A DNA stretch of 53,662 nt. Origin: Candidatus Omnitrophota bacterium. Lineage in GTDB: Bacteria > Omnitrophota > Gorgyraeia > M55B152. Below the pieces are notes generated by a model that did not search any database, was not told where the DNA came from, and worked only from the letters and a program-made list of their open reading frames with translations. Below, piece by piece: positions 27,580 through 36,690 of this stretch. Within the stretch, counting starts at the first letter, position 1; each line of letters opens with the position of its first letter. The stretch is from assembly GCA_018399975.1 (NCBI GenBank), contig JAGYNU010000001.1:1-53662 (forward strand), read 5' to 3'. The translations under genes and the position numbers were made by a program.

Positions 27580-27780
27580 TCAAGAATATTTCGCACTTTC
27601 GTATTCAGGATTAGGTATCTTCTTAGGTTGCAATTGTTTTATTGGTCTTAATTCTGTATGTTTAATAAGGCCATATATCCATAAATTAAGGCTACGTTCA
27701 TTTTTAAAATATCCTTGAATCTTTATCCGTCTTCTTATCTCTTCAAAAAATCTCTCTATATGATTAGTAGTTGATATAAT
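27580..27780 (-). pseudogene. C-terminal remnant of an IS256/mutator-family transposase
   Basis: The minus-strand frame reads IISTTNHIERFFEEIRRRIKIQGYFKNERSLNLWIYGLI...*. This matches the conserved TTNxIERxNxExRRR...F-x-N/D-x-S-x-x-RL tail of IS256-type transposases. There is no start codon, and the upstream part is replaced by palindromic repeats. Confidence 0.6.
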
Positions 27781-27783
27781 ATC

Positions 27784-27880
27784 GAAATCCCCGTTCGGGA
27801 CAGGGATTTCACGTCGACAAATCCCTGTTCGGGACAGGGGGAATCTAAAATTCTAAATCCCTGCCGGCAGGCACGGCGAT
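27784..27880. repeat. tandem GC-rich palindromic units adjoining the transposase remnant
   Basis: AAATCCC(C/T)GTTCGGGACAGGG occurs twice, 34 nt apart, followed by AAATCCCTGCCGGCAGG. Each unit is self-complementary. Confidence 0.7.
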
Positions 27881-27895
27881 ATCCAAACACCGAAA

Positions 27896-28639
27896 TTATT
27901 TCTTTTCCTGCATAAATACTTTCATTAATTCAAGTGGTAACGGAAATACTACTGTAGAATTGTTCTCTGAAGATATTTCTACCAATGTTTGCAAATATCT
28001 CATCTGTAATGCCATAGGTTGAGCAGCCATTTTACCAGCAGCCTGAGTTAATTTTTCTGCAGCTTGGTATTCTCCCTCAGCAGCTATAACTTTAGCCCTT
28101 CTTTCTCTTTCTGCTTCTGCCTGTCTTGCCATAGCCCTTTGCATTTCCTGCGGTAAATCTACATATTTTACCTCTACATTAGATACTTTAATCCCCCAAG
28201 GGTCAGTTTGTTTGTCTATTATATCCTGTAATCTATTATTAATATGTTCTCTTTCGGAAAGTAATGTATCTAATTCTACTTGTCCTACAACACTTCTTAA
28301 AGTAGTCTGAGCCATTTGAGATGTAGCAAAATGAGCATTTTCAACTTCAATAACAGACCTTCTTGGATCCATAATTCTAAAATATACTACTGCATTTACT
28401 TTAACTGATACATTGTCTTTTGTGATTATATCCTGTGGAGGAACATCTAAAGTTACAAGTCTCAACGATACTTTCTCCATTTTATCGATAGGAGGAAAAA
28501 CAAGAAAAATCCCCGGACCTTTTGGCTCTTTCAATGCGCGTCCTAACCTAAAAATTACCCCTCTTTCATATTCTTTTAAAATCTTAACACAGTTAAAAAT
28601 ATAAATAACAACTACTGCTATAATTAAATAAAATGACAT
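27896..28639 (-). CDS. SPFH/band 7 (stomatin-like) membrane protein
   Basis: N-terminal TM plus SPFH domain ([11 protein letters not shown]...[17 protein letters not shown]) and an Ala/Glu-rich coiled coil. Start at MSFYLI is preceded by AGGAGGTG. Confidence 0.9.
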   Translation of the reverse strand: MSFYLIIAVVVIYIFNCVKILKEYERGVIFRLGRALKEPKGPGIFLVFPPIDKMEKVSLRLVTLDVPPQDIITKDNVSVKVNAVVYFRIMDPRRSVIEVENAHFATSQMAQTTLRSVVGQVELDTLLSEREHINNRLQDIIDKQTDPWGIKVSNVEVKYVDLPQEMQRAMARQAEAERERRAKVIAAEGEYQAAEKLTQAAGKMAAQPMALQMRYLQTLVEISSENNSTVVFPLPLELMKVFMQEKK

Positions 28640-28663
28640 CTTCCCACCTCCTGTTCGTTTCAC

Positions 28664-28745
28664 TCACCACGAATCAACACAAATCTAACACTAATCAACA
28701 CGAATTATTCGTGTCAATCTGTATGTAATTCGTATTAATTCGTGA
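28664..28745. repeat. array of CACGAAT / ATTCGTG heptamers between the NfeD and SPFH genes
   Basis: CACGAAT at 28668, the perfect palindrome CACGAATTATTCGTG at 28699-28713, ATTCGTA at 28728 and ATTCGTG at 28738. It overlaps the last roughly 17 codons and the stop of the NfeD ORF. Confidence 0.65.
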
Positions 28746-30113
28746 AACCATAAGTTTTAATCCTTCCACCTTAACTACTTTTACTTTCTCACCTTTTTTA
28801 ATAATTTCCCCTTTTTCACTCACTGCATCCCATATTTCTCCATGAATAAAAACTTTGCCATTATCAGAAGTAATATCAGTACGAGCTTCTCCAATACTTT
28901 CAATTAAACCTTCTCTACCCCCGGATATTTTGTTTTTACGTGTTTTAATAACATTACCGATTAAAAACAAAGTAATACCAGCAGCTGCAATCACAATAGG
29001 AAATATTACTTTCAAAGACACCTGCATAAATTTATAAGGAGAATCAATCAATATCAAGGAACCCAAAAACATACATATCACTCCTCCTATAGTCAATAAT
29101 CCAAAAGTGGGAGTAAAAGCTTCTGTAATAAATAAAATCATTGCTAAAATAATAAAACCTAAACCAGCAAAGTTTACCGGCAGAATCCGAAAAGCGTAAA
29201 ATGCTAAAATCAAACAGATTATCCCCCCTATACCTGGAACTCCAAAACCAGGATGAGTTATTTCAAAAAGTAAAGCATAAAAACCTAAAATCATAAATAT
29301 ATACGCAATATTAGGATGAATAATAGTATTTAAGATTTTTTGTCTTGCAGACATTTCTATATTTATAACTTCTGCACCCTCTGTATGTAAGACTTTCCGC
29401 TTTCCATTCAAAATTAAATTCGTTCCATCAATCTCAGATAATAAATTTTCTATATTATCAACTATCAGATCTATTACCCCTTTATCTAACGCCTCTATTT
29501 CTGAAATAGATACACTTTCTTCTACTGCTTTAACCGCCCAATCAACATTTCTCTCTCTCGACTTAGCAATATTCTTAATCCAGGCAACTGTATCATTAGT
29601 AACTTTCTCTGACATTATACTGGATGATTCATATTGTATATCCTCTTTCTCTTTTTTTTCCTCTTTATCCAAACTCTTTATTTTTTCTCTTAACTTTTTT
29701 TTAAAAGATACATTTTCTCCCATAGTGACAGGATGTGCAGCACCTATATGCGTAGAAGGCGACATAGCTGCTATATTAGCCGATAATGTTATAAAAACAC
29801 CTGCAGAAGCTGCTCTTGCTCCTTTAGGCGATACATATACAACAACAGGAACATCATCTCTCATAATCTCCTTGACTATATCCCTGGTAGAAGATAGAAG
29901 GCCACCTGGTGTATCCATTTTTATAATAAGAACCTCTGCCCCAATATTACTGGCTTTCTTTAAACCTCGACTAATATACTCACTTACAATAGGATTCACA
30001 ATATCATCTTTAACGGTAAGAACTATAACCTGGTTTGGTGAGGTAAAAACAGGAAACTCTGGAAAAATAAAGAAGAATAATAAGAATATTATTAAATATA
30101 ATAATTTTTTCAT
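28695..30113 (-). CDS. membrane-bound NfeD-family ClpP-class serine protease
   Basis: Signal peptide, ClpP-like domain (ARAASAGVFI...GAAHPV), a polytopic segment and a C-terminal OB domain (GEIWDAV...VKVVKVEGLKLMV). Classic partner of the downstream SPFH gene. Confidence 0.85.
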   Translation of the reverse strand: MKKLLYLIIFLLFFFIFPEFPVFTSPNQVIVLTVKDDIVNPIVSEYISRGLKKASNIGAEVLIIKMDTPGGLLSSTRDIVKEIMRDDVPVVVYVSPKGARAASAGVFITLSANIAAMSPSTHIGAAHPVTMGENVSFKKKLREKIKSLDKEEKKEKEDIQYESSSIMSEKVTNDTVAWIKNIAKSRERNVDWAVKAVEESVSISEIEALDKGVIDLIVDNIENLLSEIDGTNLILNGKRKVLHTEGAEVINIEMSARQKILNTIIHPNIAYIFMILGFYALLFEITHPGFGVPGIGGIICLILAFYAFRILPVNFAGLGFIILAMILFITEAFTPTFGLLTIGGVICMFLGSLILIDSPYKFMQVSLKVIFPIVIAAAGITLFLIGNVIKTRKNKISGGREGLIESIGEARTDITSDNGKVFIHGEIWDAVSEKGEIIKKGEKVKVVKVEGLKLMVSRINTNYIQIDTNNSC

Positions 30114-30150
30114 AAAAGATCGGACTACTATAAAATAAAAACAATACAGT

Positions 30151-31818
30151 TTAACCTAAAGAATCAGCTTGCTTCTGTAATTCTATAATCTTTGTTGATA
30201 TAACTCTATCAAGCTTTTTACTTTCAATAAACCCTTTTATTTTGTCCTCTTTATCAGTAACCGGAAGATATTCAATATTATATTTATGTAATATTTCTTT
30301 AACTTCAAATATAGGAGTATCAGGAAAAATCTTTACAATAACCGGTTCCATAAAATCATGGGCTAAAATAAGGTCTCCTACGTCCGTATCCAAAATCGTT
30401 TGCCTAATACCTTCAACTGTTATTATACCTCGCATTTTTTTATCTTCATTTACTACCGGATAATATAAATTATCACTTTCACTGAACATTTTTATAATAT
30501 CAGAAAGTTTCATATTTTCACATATAAGTGGCGGATTTTTGTCCATAAAATCTTTTGCTTTGCCTTCTTTTATTATATCCTCTTCTGTAATATTTAAACC
30601 TATTTCTCCAGCTTTTGTCACTGCTACTTTAACAAGAGGAGGACCGATAATTTCAAGGATGAAAACAGTTGCTGTTACAATAATAATTATAGTATTACCA
30701 ATTTCTCCAGGAAAATAATGATTAGCTAAAATAGATAAACCAATAGCGACACCTGCCTGACTTAAAAGACATAATGGGAGATATTTCTGGACCGATTTAG
30801 GTGCTTTTGAAATGCGTGCTCCAAAGTTCGCACCTAAAGCTTTTCCTCCAACTCTACCAATAAGATATAAAACTCCCAGTAATACTACAGGTAAACTCAT
30901 ATACTGAATATCTAACTTCGCTCCCACAAGTACAAAAAACAAAACATATATAGGCGAAGCAAATCCTTTAACTAAATTAAAAACTTCCTCACTTTTCCTT
31001 GGAACAAGGTTAGCAATGACAACTCCTAATGTCATAGCTGCCAGCAACATATCGATACGTAATGTAATAGCTATTCCTATTATAAGAAGTACAGTCCCAA
31101 TGGAAAAAGTAAGAAGAATCGATTCTTCAGTATATCTTCTAATAAGAAATTTAAGTATCAAGCCTGCAAGAATACCCAGTACTATAGAACTTGTGATTTC
31201 ATATAAAGGATACGCAAAAATCTTTAACATACTAACCTCTGCACTTGTACTTAAACTAAAAGCAACACTTGAAGCAATTGCAAAAAGTAAAAGTGCCAAT
31301 CCATCATCTAAAGCAACAATACCCAGGACAGTCCTAGTTAAAGGACCTCGAGTCCTATATTCTTGCAATACTGCTGAGGTAGCAGCAGGTGCTGTAGCTG
31401 ATGCTATAGCTCCAAGCAACAAACCAAGTATCCATGATGACCTGTAATCTCCAAACAGCAACCCACCCGTCACACCTACAAGAATAGAAACTAATATAAA
31501 AGGTGTAATACCTTGGAACAACAAAATATTTACAAATTGCTTTCGATACTTAACTAAAACTTCTTTTTTTAATTCACCGCCAATCATGAAACCAATTATT
31601 CCTAAAGCAAAATAGCTAAAAGGCTGAAATGTATTAACTACATCTCCTCCTATAAACTTCAAACCAGACTCACCAATTAAAATACCTATAGCAATATATC
31701 CCACTACCTGAGGAATTTTCAACTTTTTAAACAAACGACCTCCAATAGTTCCAAAAAATAAAGCTAAACCTAAAAGAAATAATACATTTAAATTTAACGA
31801 ACATATCTCTTTTAACAT
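30151..31818 (-). CDS. cation:proton antiporter (CPA family) with C-terminal CBS-pair domain
   Basis: About 12 TM Na+/H+ exchanger-like core (PQVVGYIAIGILIGESGL), then tandem CBS-like repeats (YYPVVNEDKKMRGIIT..., YLPVTDKEDKIKGFI). Confidence 0.85.
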   Translation of the reverse strand: MLKEICSLNLNVLFLLGLALFFGTIGGRLFKKLKIPQVVGYIAIGILIGESGLKFIGGDVVNTFQPFSYFALGIIGFMIGGELKKEVLVKYRKQFVNILLFQGITPFILVSILVGVTGGLLFGDYRSSWILGLLLGAIASATAPAATSAVLQEYRTRGPLTRTVLGIVALDDGLALLLFAIASSVAFSLSTSAEVSMLKIFAYPLYEITSSIVLGILAGLILKFLIRRYTEESILLTFSIGTVLLIIGIAITLRIDMLLAAMTLGVVIANLVPRKSEEVFNLVKGFASPIYVLFFVLVGAKLDIQYMSLPVVLLGVLYLIGRVGGKALGANFGARISKAPKSVQKYLPLCLLSQAGVAIGLSILANHYFPGEIGNTIIIIVTATVFILEIIGPPLVKVAVTKAGEIGLNITEEDIIKEGKAKDFMDKNPPLICENMKLSDIIKMFSESDNLYYPVVNEDKKMRGIITVEGIRQTILDTDVGDLILAHDFMEPVIVKIFPDTPIFEVKEILHKYNIEYLPVTDKEDKIKGFIESKKLDRVISTKIIELQKQADSLG

Positions 31819-31952
31819 AATTTACCCCTATAAAACAAAACTACTGCTTTAAAACAGTAGAATAAAAATATATATCACTTTAATATAAACCTAACTTTAT
31901 TAATTTATATATTACTCTCTTAGAAAAACTAAGTCAAATGAAAAATTGTAAG

Positions 31953-32387
31953 TTAATTATAACCTGTTTTTGAAAATTTTTTCTTTTTGAAAAAAAGCCA
32001 ATTTGTCTTCGTCTTTTTTGGGCTTTTTTGAATCTTATTTTTAGATTTGTCTTTAAATTTTACAAGACAATATATACCGTTTAGTTTTTTTGCATTTATA
32101 TCAAATATTATCTCGTCATTTTTAAATTTTATTATTTTATATGTACCTTTATCCCAGATTTCTACCTTTCCTGCTCCATATAAACCTTCGGGAATTTGAC
32201 CCTCAAATTCCGCATAATCTAAAGAATGATCTGCCACCTTTATAGCTAACCTTTTCACTCCGGGCTCTTGAGGAGGTTCTTTGGGAATCGCCCAGCTTAA
32301 AAGAACTCCATTATGTTCCAATCTTAAGTCATAATGAAGATGAGTTGCGTTATGTTTATGAATCACATACATTAATTCATCTTCCAT
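31953..32387 (-). CDS. stand-alone DNA ligase D 3'-phosphoesterase (LigD PE / LigD_N) domain protein
   Basis: The HKHNATHLHYDLRLE...LSWAIPKEPP...VADHSLDYAEFEGQIPEGLYGAGKVEIWDKGTY pattern is characteristic of the LigD PE domain. No ligase or polymerase domains are attached. Start set at MEDELMYV to avoid the nth overlap. Confidence 0.75.
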   Translation of the reverse strand: MEDELMYVIHKHNATHLHYDLRLEHNGVLLSWAIPKEPPQEPGVKRLAIKVADHSLDYAEFEGQIPEGLYGAGKVEIWDKGTYKIIKFKNDEIIFDINAKKLNGIYCLVKFKDKSKNKIQKSPKKTKTNWLFFKKKKFSKTGYN

Positions 32388-32392
32388 AACTT

Positions 32393-33034
32393 TTAATGAA
32401 AAGAAAAAGCAGAGGGGCAAAGTTTTGATAAAGAGCATCTATCACATTTAGGTTTTTTAGCAGAGCATATCCTTCTGCCGTGAGATATTAATCGATAACT
32501 TATATTTTTCCATTCTTCTTTAGGAATAATCTGCATTAAATCTTTCTCAATTTTATCTGCATTTTTTTGTGTAGTCAAACCCAATCTCTGAGATAATCTT
32601 TTTACATGTGTATCAACAACTATACCTTCAGATTTATCAAAAGCGTTATTTAAAACTACATTAGCTGTTTTTCTAGCCACTCCTGGCAATTTTAATAATT
32701 CCTCCATTTCATCTGGAACATTACCATTATATTCATAAGCTATTTTTTGGCTTGACTTTACAATATTTTTAGATTTATTTTTGTAAAACCCTGTAGAACG
32801 TATATCATCCTGCAATTTTTGCAAATCAGCTTTCGCAAAATCATATACACTTTTATATTTTTCAAATAATTCCTCAGTAACTTTATTTACCCTCTCATCA
32901 GTGCACTGAGCAGAAAGAATAGTAGAAACTAACATTTGATGAGGAGTTTTAAATTTTAATGCAGTTTTAGTACGAGGATACTCGGATTTTAAAATATTTA
33001 TAATTTTAGAAACTCTATTATCTGAACGTTTCAT
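32393..33034 (-). CDS. nth: endonuclease III (DNA glycosylase/AP lyase)
   Basis: HhH-GPD motif (LPGVARKTANVVL...VDTHV) and a C-terminal 4Fe-4S loop C-x6-C-x2-C-x5-C (CSAKKPKCDRCSLSKLC). Confidence 0.9.
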   Translation of the reverse strand: MKRSDNRVSKIINILKSEYPRTKTALKFKTPHQMLVSTILSAQCTDERVNKVTEELFEKYKSVYDFAKADLQKLQDDIRSTGFYKNKSKNIVKSSQKIAYEYNGNVPDEMEELLKLPGVARKTANVVLNNAFDKSEGIVVDTHVKRLSQRLGLTTQKNADKIEKDLMQIIPKEEWKNISYRLISHGRRICSAKKPKCDRCSLSKLCPSAFSFH

Positions 33035-33351
33035 TTTTTATTATAAAAAACAAAATGACTGACAAAAAATAAAAGGCTACCTATACAATTAGCTAAAAAA
33101 TCATAGAAAGATAATTCGCGGCCAGGAGCCATAAGTTGAACAATTTCCATTAAAATTCCATAACTAATAGAACAAATTACTGCTTTACTCAATATAAATC
33201 CATTCCAATAAAATAAAAAAGTAAGAAAAAAATAAATCAAAAAATGGGCAACTTTATCTAATCCTTTTATAGCAGGAACTCCTGTTACAGGAATAGTTTG
33301 AAATATAAATATAAAAATTAATGCTATAACTAAAATTATTTTTTTTAACAT
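33031..33351 (-). CDS. VanZ-like small membrane protein
   Basis: 106 aa with 3-4 TM helices and a DKVAHFLIYFFL motif typical of the VanZ family. Confidence 0.55.
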   Translation of the reverse strand: MLKKIILVIALIFIFIFQTIPVTGVPAIKGLDKVAHFLIYFFLTFLFYWNGFILSKAVICSISYGILMEIVQLMAPGRELSFYDFLANCIGSLLFFVSHFVFYNKK

Positions 33352-33352
33352 A

Positions 33353-34807
33353 TTATTTACCTGGATACCATCTCAAATTAGGTTCACGCGCAGCTTTAAC
33401 CTCATCTACCCTCGAAACAAATGTATTATGAGGAGCATTATGTAAAAGTTCTGGATTGTTTTCTGCTTCTTTGGCAATTTTTATCATAACATTTATAAAA
33501 TAATCTAAAGTTTCCTTACTCTCTGTCTCTGTAGGTTCTATCATCAATGCTTCCTTAACAATCAAAGGAAAATACATAGTTGGAGGATGTATACCATAAT
33601 CAATTAAACGTTTTGCTATATCTAATGCATTAATACCCTTATTTTTTTGTTTTAAGGCTGATAAAACCAATTCATGCATGCAATTTCTATTATACTTACA
33701 GTTATAAACTTTTTCCAATTTATTTAAAATATAATTAGCATTTAACACACTTATATTTGCTATTTGTTTTAAACCTTCCGCTCCTAATCCATATATATAT
33801 GCATAAGCTTTAACAAGCACTCCAAAATTTCCGTAAAAAGCTCTAACTTTACCTATAGAATTATTGACTTTATAGTTAAATACAAATTTACCATTTTTTT
33901 TATCAATTAAAGGGACCGGTAAAAACTCTATTAACTCTTCAACAACTCCAACAGGCCCTGATCCTGGGCCTCCTCCTCCATGGGGTGTTGAAAAAGTTTT
34001 ATGCAAATTAAGATGAACTATATCAAAACCCATATCACCCGGTTTAGCTTTGCCTAACAAAGCATTAAGATTAGCACCATCATAATATAAAAGCGCTCCT
34101 TTTTTATGAACGATATCTTGCACTTTTAATATATCTTTTTCAAATAAACCTAATGTGTTAGGATTTGTAAGCATCAGGCATGCTACAGTATCATTTATTT
34201 TTTCTTTAAGGTCTGCTAAATCTATTCCTCCTTCAAAATTAGTTTTAACTTCTTCAACTATAAATCCACACATATTAGCAGATGCTGGATTTGTTCCATG
34301 ACTAGAGTCAGGAACTAAAACTTTTTTTCTATAATCATTCTTATTTTTAAAATATTTATCTACTATGAACATAGCAGTCAATTCACCGTGAGCTCCTGCA
34401 GAAGGCTGAAAAGTAAACTTTTTCATACCTGTTATTTCACATAAAGCTTCTTCCAACTTCCATATAATTTCTAATGCTCCTTGAACGGTGTCTTCGCTTT
34501 GCAAAGGATGAATATCAGTAAAACCTGAAAAACTTGCAATTTTTTCATGCACTTTTGGATTATATTTCATAGTACATGAACCAAGTGGATAAAAATTAGT
34601 ATCGATAGAAAAATTCCTCTGAGAAAGCTTAGTATAATGCCTTATGACTTCTAATTCATTTAAACTCGGCATATCTTTAATGTCCTTCCTAATTAAATGT
34701 CCAGGGAGATGCTCACTTATATTTATCTCTTTTATATCACATTCAGGCAAGCTGACTCCAATTCTTCCTTTCCTACCTTTATCAAATATTAATTTATCTT
34801 TTTCCAT
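33353..34807 (-). CDS. gcvPB: glycine dehydrogenase (decarboxylating) subunit 2
   Basis: PLP-lysine context HLNLHKTFSTPHGGGGPG. Size and position fit the gcv operon. Confidence 0.92.
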   Translation of the reverse strand: MEKDKLIFDKGRKGRIGVSLPECDIKEINISEHLPGHLIRKDIKDMPSLNELEVIRHYTKLSQRNFSIDTNFYPLGSCTMKYNPKVHEKIASFSGFTDIHPLQSEDTVQGALEIIWKLEEALCEITGMKKFTFQPSAGAHGELTAMFIVDKYFKNKNDYRKKVLVPDSSHGTNPASANMCGFIVEEVKTNFEGGIDLADLKEKINDTVACLMLTNPNTLGLFEKDILKVQDIVHKKGALLYYDGANLNALLGKAKPGDMGFDIVHLNLHKTFSTPHGGGGPGSGPVGVVEELIEFLPVPLIDKKNGKFVFNYKVNNSIGKVRAFYGNFGVLVKAYAYIYGLGAEGLKQIANISVLNANYILNKLEKVYNCKYNRNCMHELVLSALKQKNKGINALDIAKRLIDYGIHPPTMYFPLIVKEALMIEPTETESKETLDYFINVMIKIAKEAENNPELLHNAPHNTFVSRVDEVKAAREPNLRWYPGK

Positions 34808-34832
34808 AACTTAAGACACTATATATAGTTTA

Positions 34833-36173
34833 TTAATCTATATTTTTAAAAATATATACCAATTTATCCATTTCTTCTTTGGTTCTTTTTTCAGTTACAG
34901 CAATTAACATATGATTGTCAAAAGCAGGATAATAACTACCTAATTCAATTCCACCTATTATATTTTCTTTCAACAAAATATCGTTTATCTTTTTTATATC
35001 CATATTTGTTTCAACAACAAATTCTTTAAAAAAAGGGCTATCAAAGAAAACACTAAATTTATCTAATTCATTAATTTTCTTTGCTAAATAATGGGATTTT
35101 AAAAAACATAATTTAGCAATCTTTCTAAATCCTTCTCTCCCCAGCAATGAACAGTAAACAGCAGCGCGAAAAGCATTCAATGACTGATTAGAACAAATAT
35201 TGCTGGTTGCCCGATGACGTCGTATATGCTGTTCTCTCGTTTGAATAGTAAGGGTAAAAGCATCTCTACCCTTTTTATCAACAGTTTTGCCTACTATCCT
35301 CCCAGGTAAATTTCTTAACCAAGTATTTTTAGTAGCCAAAAAACCAAATGTTGGTCCACCAAAAGATTGATAATTACCCAAACTTTGTCCATCTCCAACT
35401 ACAATATCAGCTTTATAATAAGCAGGGGAATTGATTAAACCTAAGCTAATAGGATCTACACAAATTATTAATAAAACTTTCTTATCAATTAAAATTTTTT
35501 TAATTTTTTCAACATCTTCAATGTACCCAAAAAAATTAGGTATTTGTAAAACTATAGCAAACGTATCCTGATCAATCTTTTTAGACAATTCATCAATATC
35601 AGTTACATATTGTTTATCTGGAATTACATTTAATTTTAAATCTAAAGAGACTAAATAAGTTGAAAGTGTAGTAATATAATCAGGATGTACTGTCTTTGAC
35701 ACTAATACTTTTCTTTTACTATTGATTCTATTGGCCATTAATACTGCTTCTGAGACAGCTGAAGCACCATCATATAATGAAGCATTTGTTATATCCATCC
35801 CCGTCAAAATACAAATAAAAGTTTGATATTCGTATATAGCTTGTAAAGTCCCCTGGCTTACTTCTGGTTGGTAAGGAGTATAAGCAGTATAAAACTCTGC
35901 TCGGTTAGCTAAATAATCTATCGCAGAAGGGACAAAATGGTCATAACACCCACCACCCTTAAAGGAAACTAATTCCTCGGTATTATAATTTTTTTTCGAT
36001 ATATTATTAAATAATTTAAGAAGTTCTAATTCTGAATGGGATTGCCCAAGATTTAAATTTTCATTAAGTCGAATATTATCAGGAACATCGTTAAACAATT
36101 CCTTTAAGTCGCTAACCCCAATAGACTTCAACATCTCTTTAATTTGTTCTTCTGTATGAGGGATATAATTCAT
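34833..36173 (-). CDS. gcvPA: glycine dehydrogenase (decarboxylating) subunit 1
   Basis: 446 aa with the YTPYQPEVSQGTLQAIYEYQT motif. Adjacent to gcvPB and gcvH. Confidence 0.92.
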   Translation of the reverse strand: MNYIPHTEEQIKEMLKSIGVSDLKELFNDVPDNIRLNENLNLGQSHSELELLKLFNNISKKNYNTEELVSFKGGGCYDHFVPSAIDYLANRAEFYTAYTPYQPEVSQGTLQAIYEYQTFICILTGMDITNASLYDGASAVSEAVLMANRINSKRKVLVSKTVHPDYITTLSTYLVSLDLKLNVIPDKQYVTDIDELSKKIDQDTFAIVLQIPNFFGYIEDVEKIKKILIDKKVLLIICVDPISLGLINSPAYYKADIVVGDGQSLGNYQSFGGPTFGFLATKNTWLRNLPGRIVGKTVDKKGRDAFTLTIQTREQHIRRHRATSNICSNQSLNAFRAAVYCSLLGREGFRKIAKLCFLKSHYLAKKINELDKFSVFFDSPFFKEFVVETNMDIKKINDILLKENIIGGIELGSYYPAFDNHMLIAVTEKRTKEEMDKLVYIFKNID

Positions 36174-36239
36174 AATAACATGTTACAAGCTGTAAGCTTT
36201 AAGCCACAAACTTGCAGTTTAAAACCTGAATTTTAAAAC

Positions 36240-36605
36240 TTATATCATTTCTTTATATTCTGATTCATTTAAAAGATCATTTAATTCATCTTCATTAGAA
36301 ATTTCTATTTCTATTATCCAACCTTTCCCAAAAGCATCTTCATTTATTAACTGGGGATTACTTTGTAATTCACTATTAACTGCTATAATCTTACCGGTAC
36401 AAGGAGCATACAAATCACTTGCTACTTTAACAGATTCTACAACTCCAAAAGATTCTCCTTTTTCAATATCTTTGCCAATATCAGGCAATTCAACAAAAAC
36501 AATATCTCCTAATTCATCTTGAGCATGTTCTGTAATTCCTATTTTCCCTTTCCCATCTTCTATTTTAATCCATTCATGAGTCTCTGCAAATTTTAACTCT
36601 GCCAT
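36240..36605 (-). CDS. gcvH: glycine cleavage system H protein
   Basis: Lipoyl-lysine motif VESVKVASD. Start at MAELKF is preceded by AAGGAGGGG. Confidence 0.92.
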   Translation of the reverse strand: MAELKFAETHEWIKIEDGKGKIGITEHAQDELGDIVFVELPDIGKDIEKGESFGVVESVKVASDLYAPCTGKIIAVNSELQSNPQLINEDAFGKGWIIEIEISNEDELNDLLNESEYKEMI

Positions 36606-36690
36606 TATTCTCCCCTCCTTTAATGACGACACAAGTTATGGAGCTCAAAGAGCGAGATAACTTGTAAGCCGGAATTAAACACTGAGCCCT

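Noticed and set aside
27784-27880. Tandem palindromic units considered as a mini CRISPR array.
   Set aside because: Only 2-3 degenerate units are present, with a 34-37 nt period. The spacers would be about 13 nt, far too short, and there are no cas genes in the window.
31841-31860. Hairpin CTACTG-N8-CAGTAG with a downstream U-rich tract on the minus strand, considered as a terminator after the LigD-PE gene.
   Set aside because: The stem is only 6 bp. It also lies about 22 nt upstream of the antiporter start codon, leaving no room for a promoter. The evidence is too weak to call.
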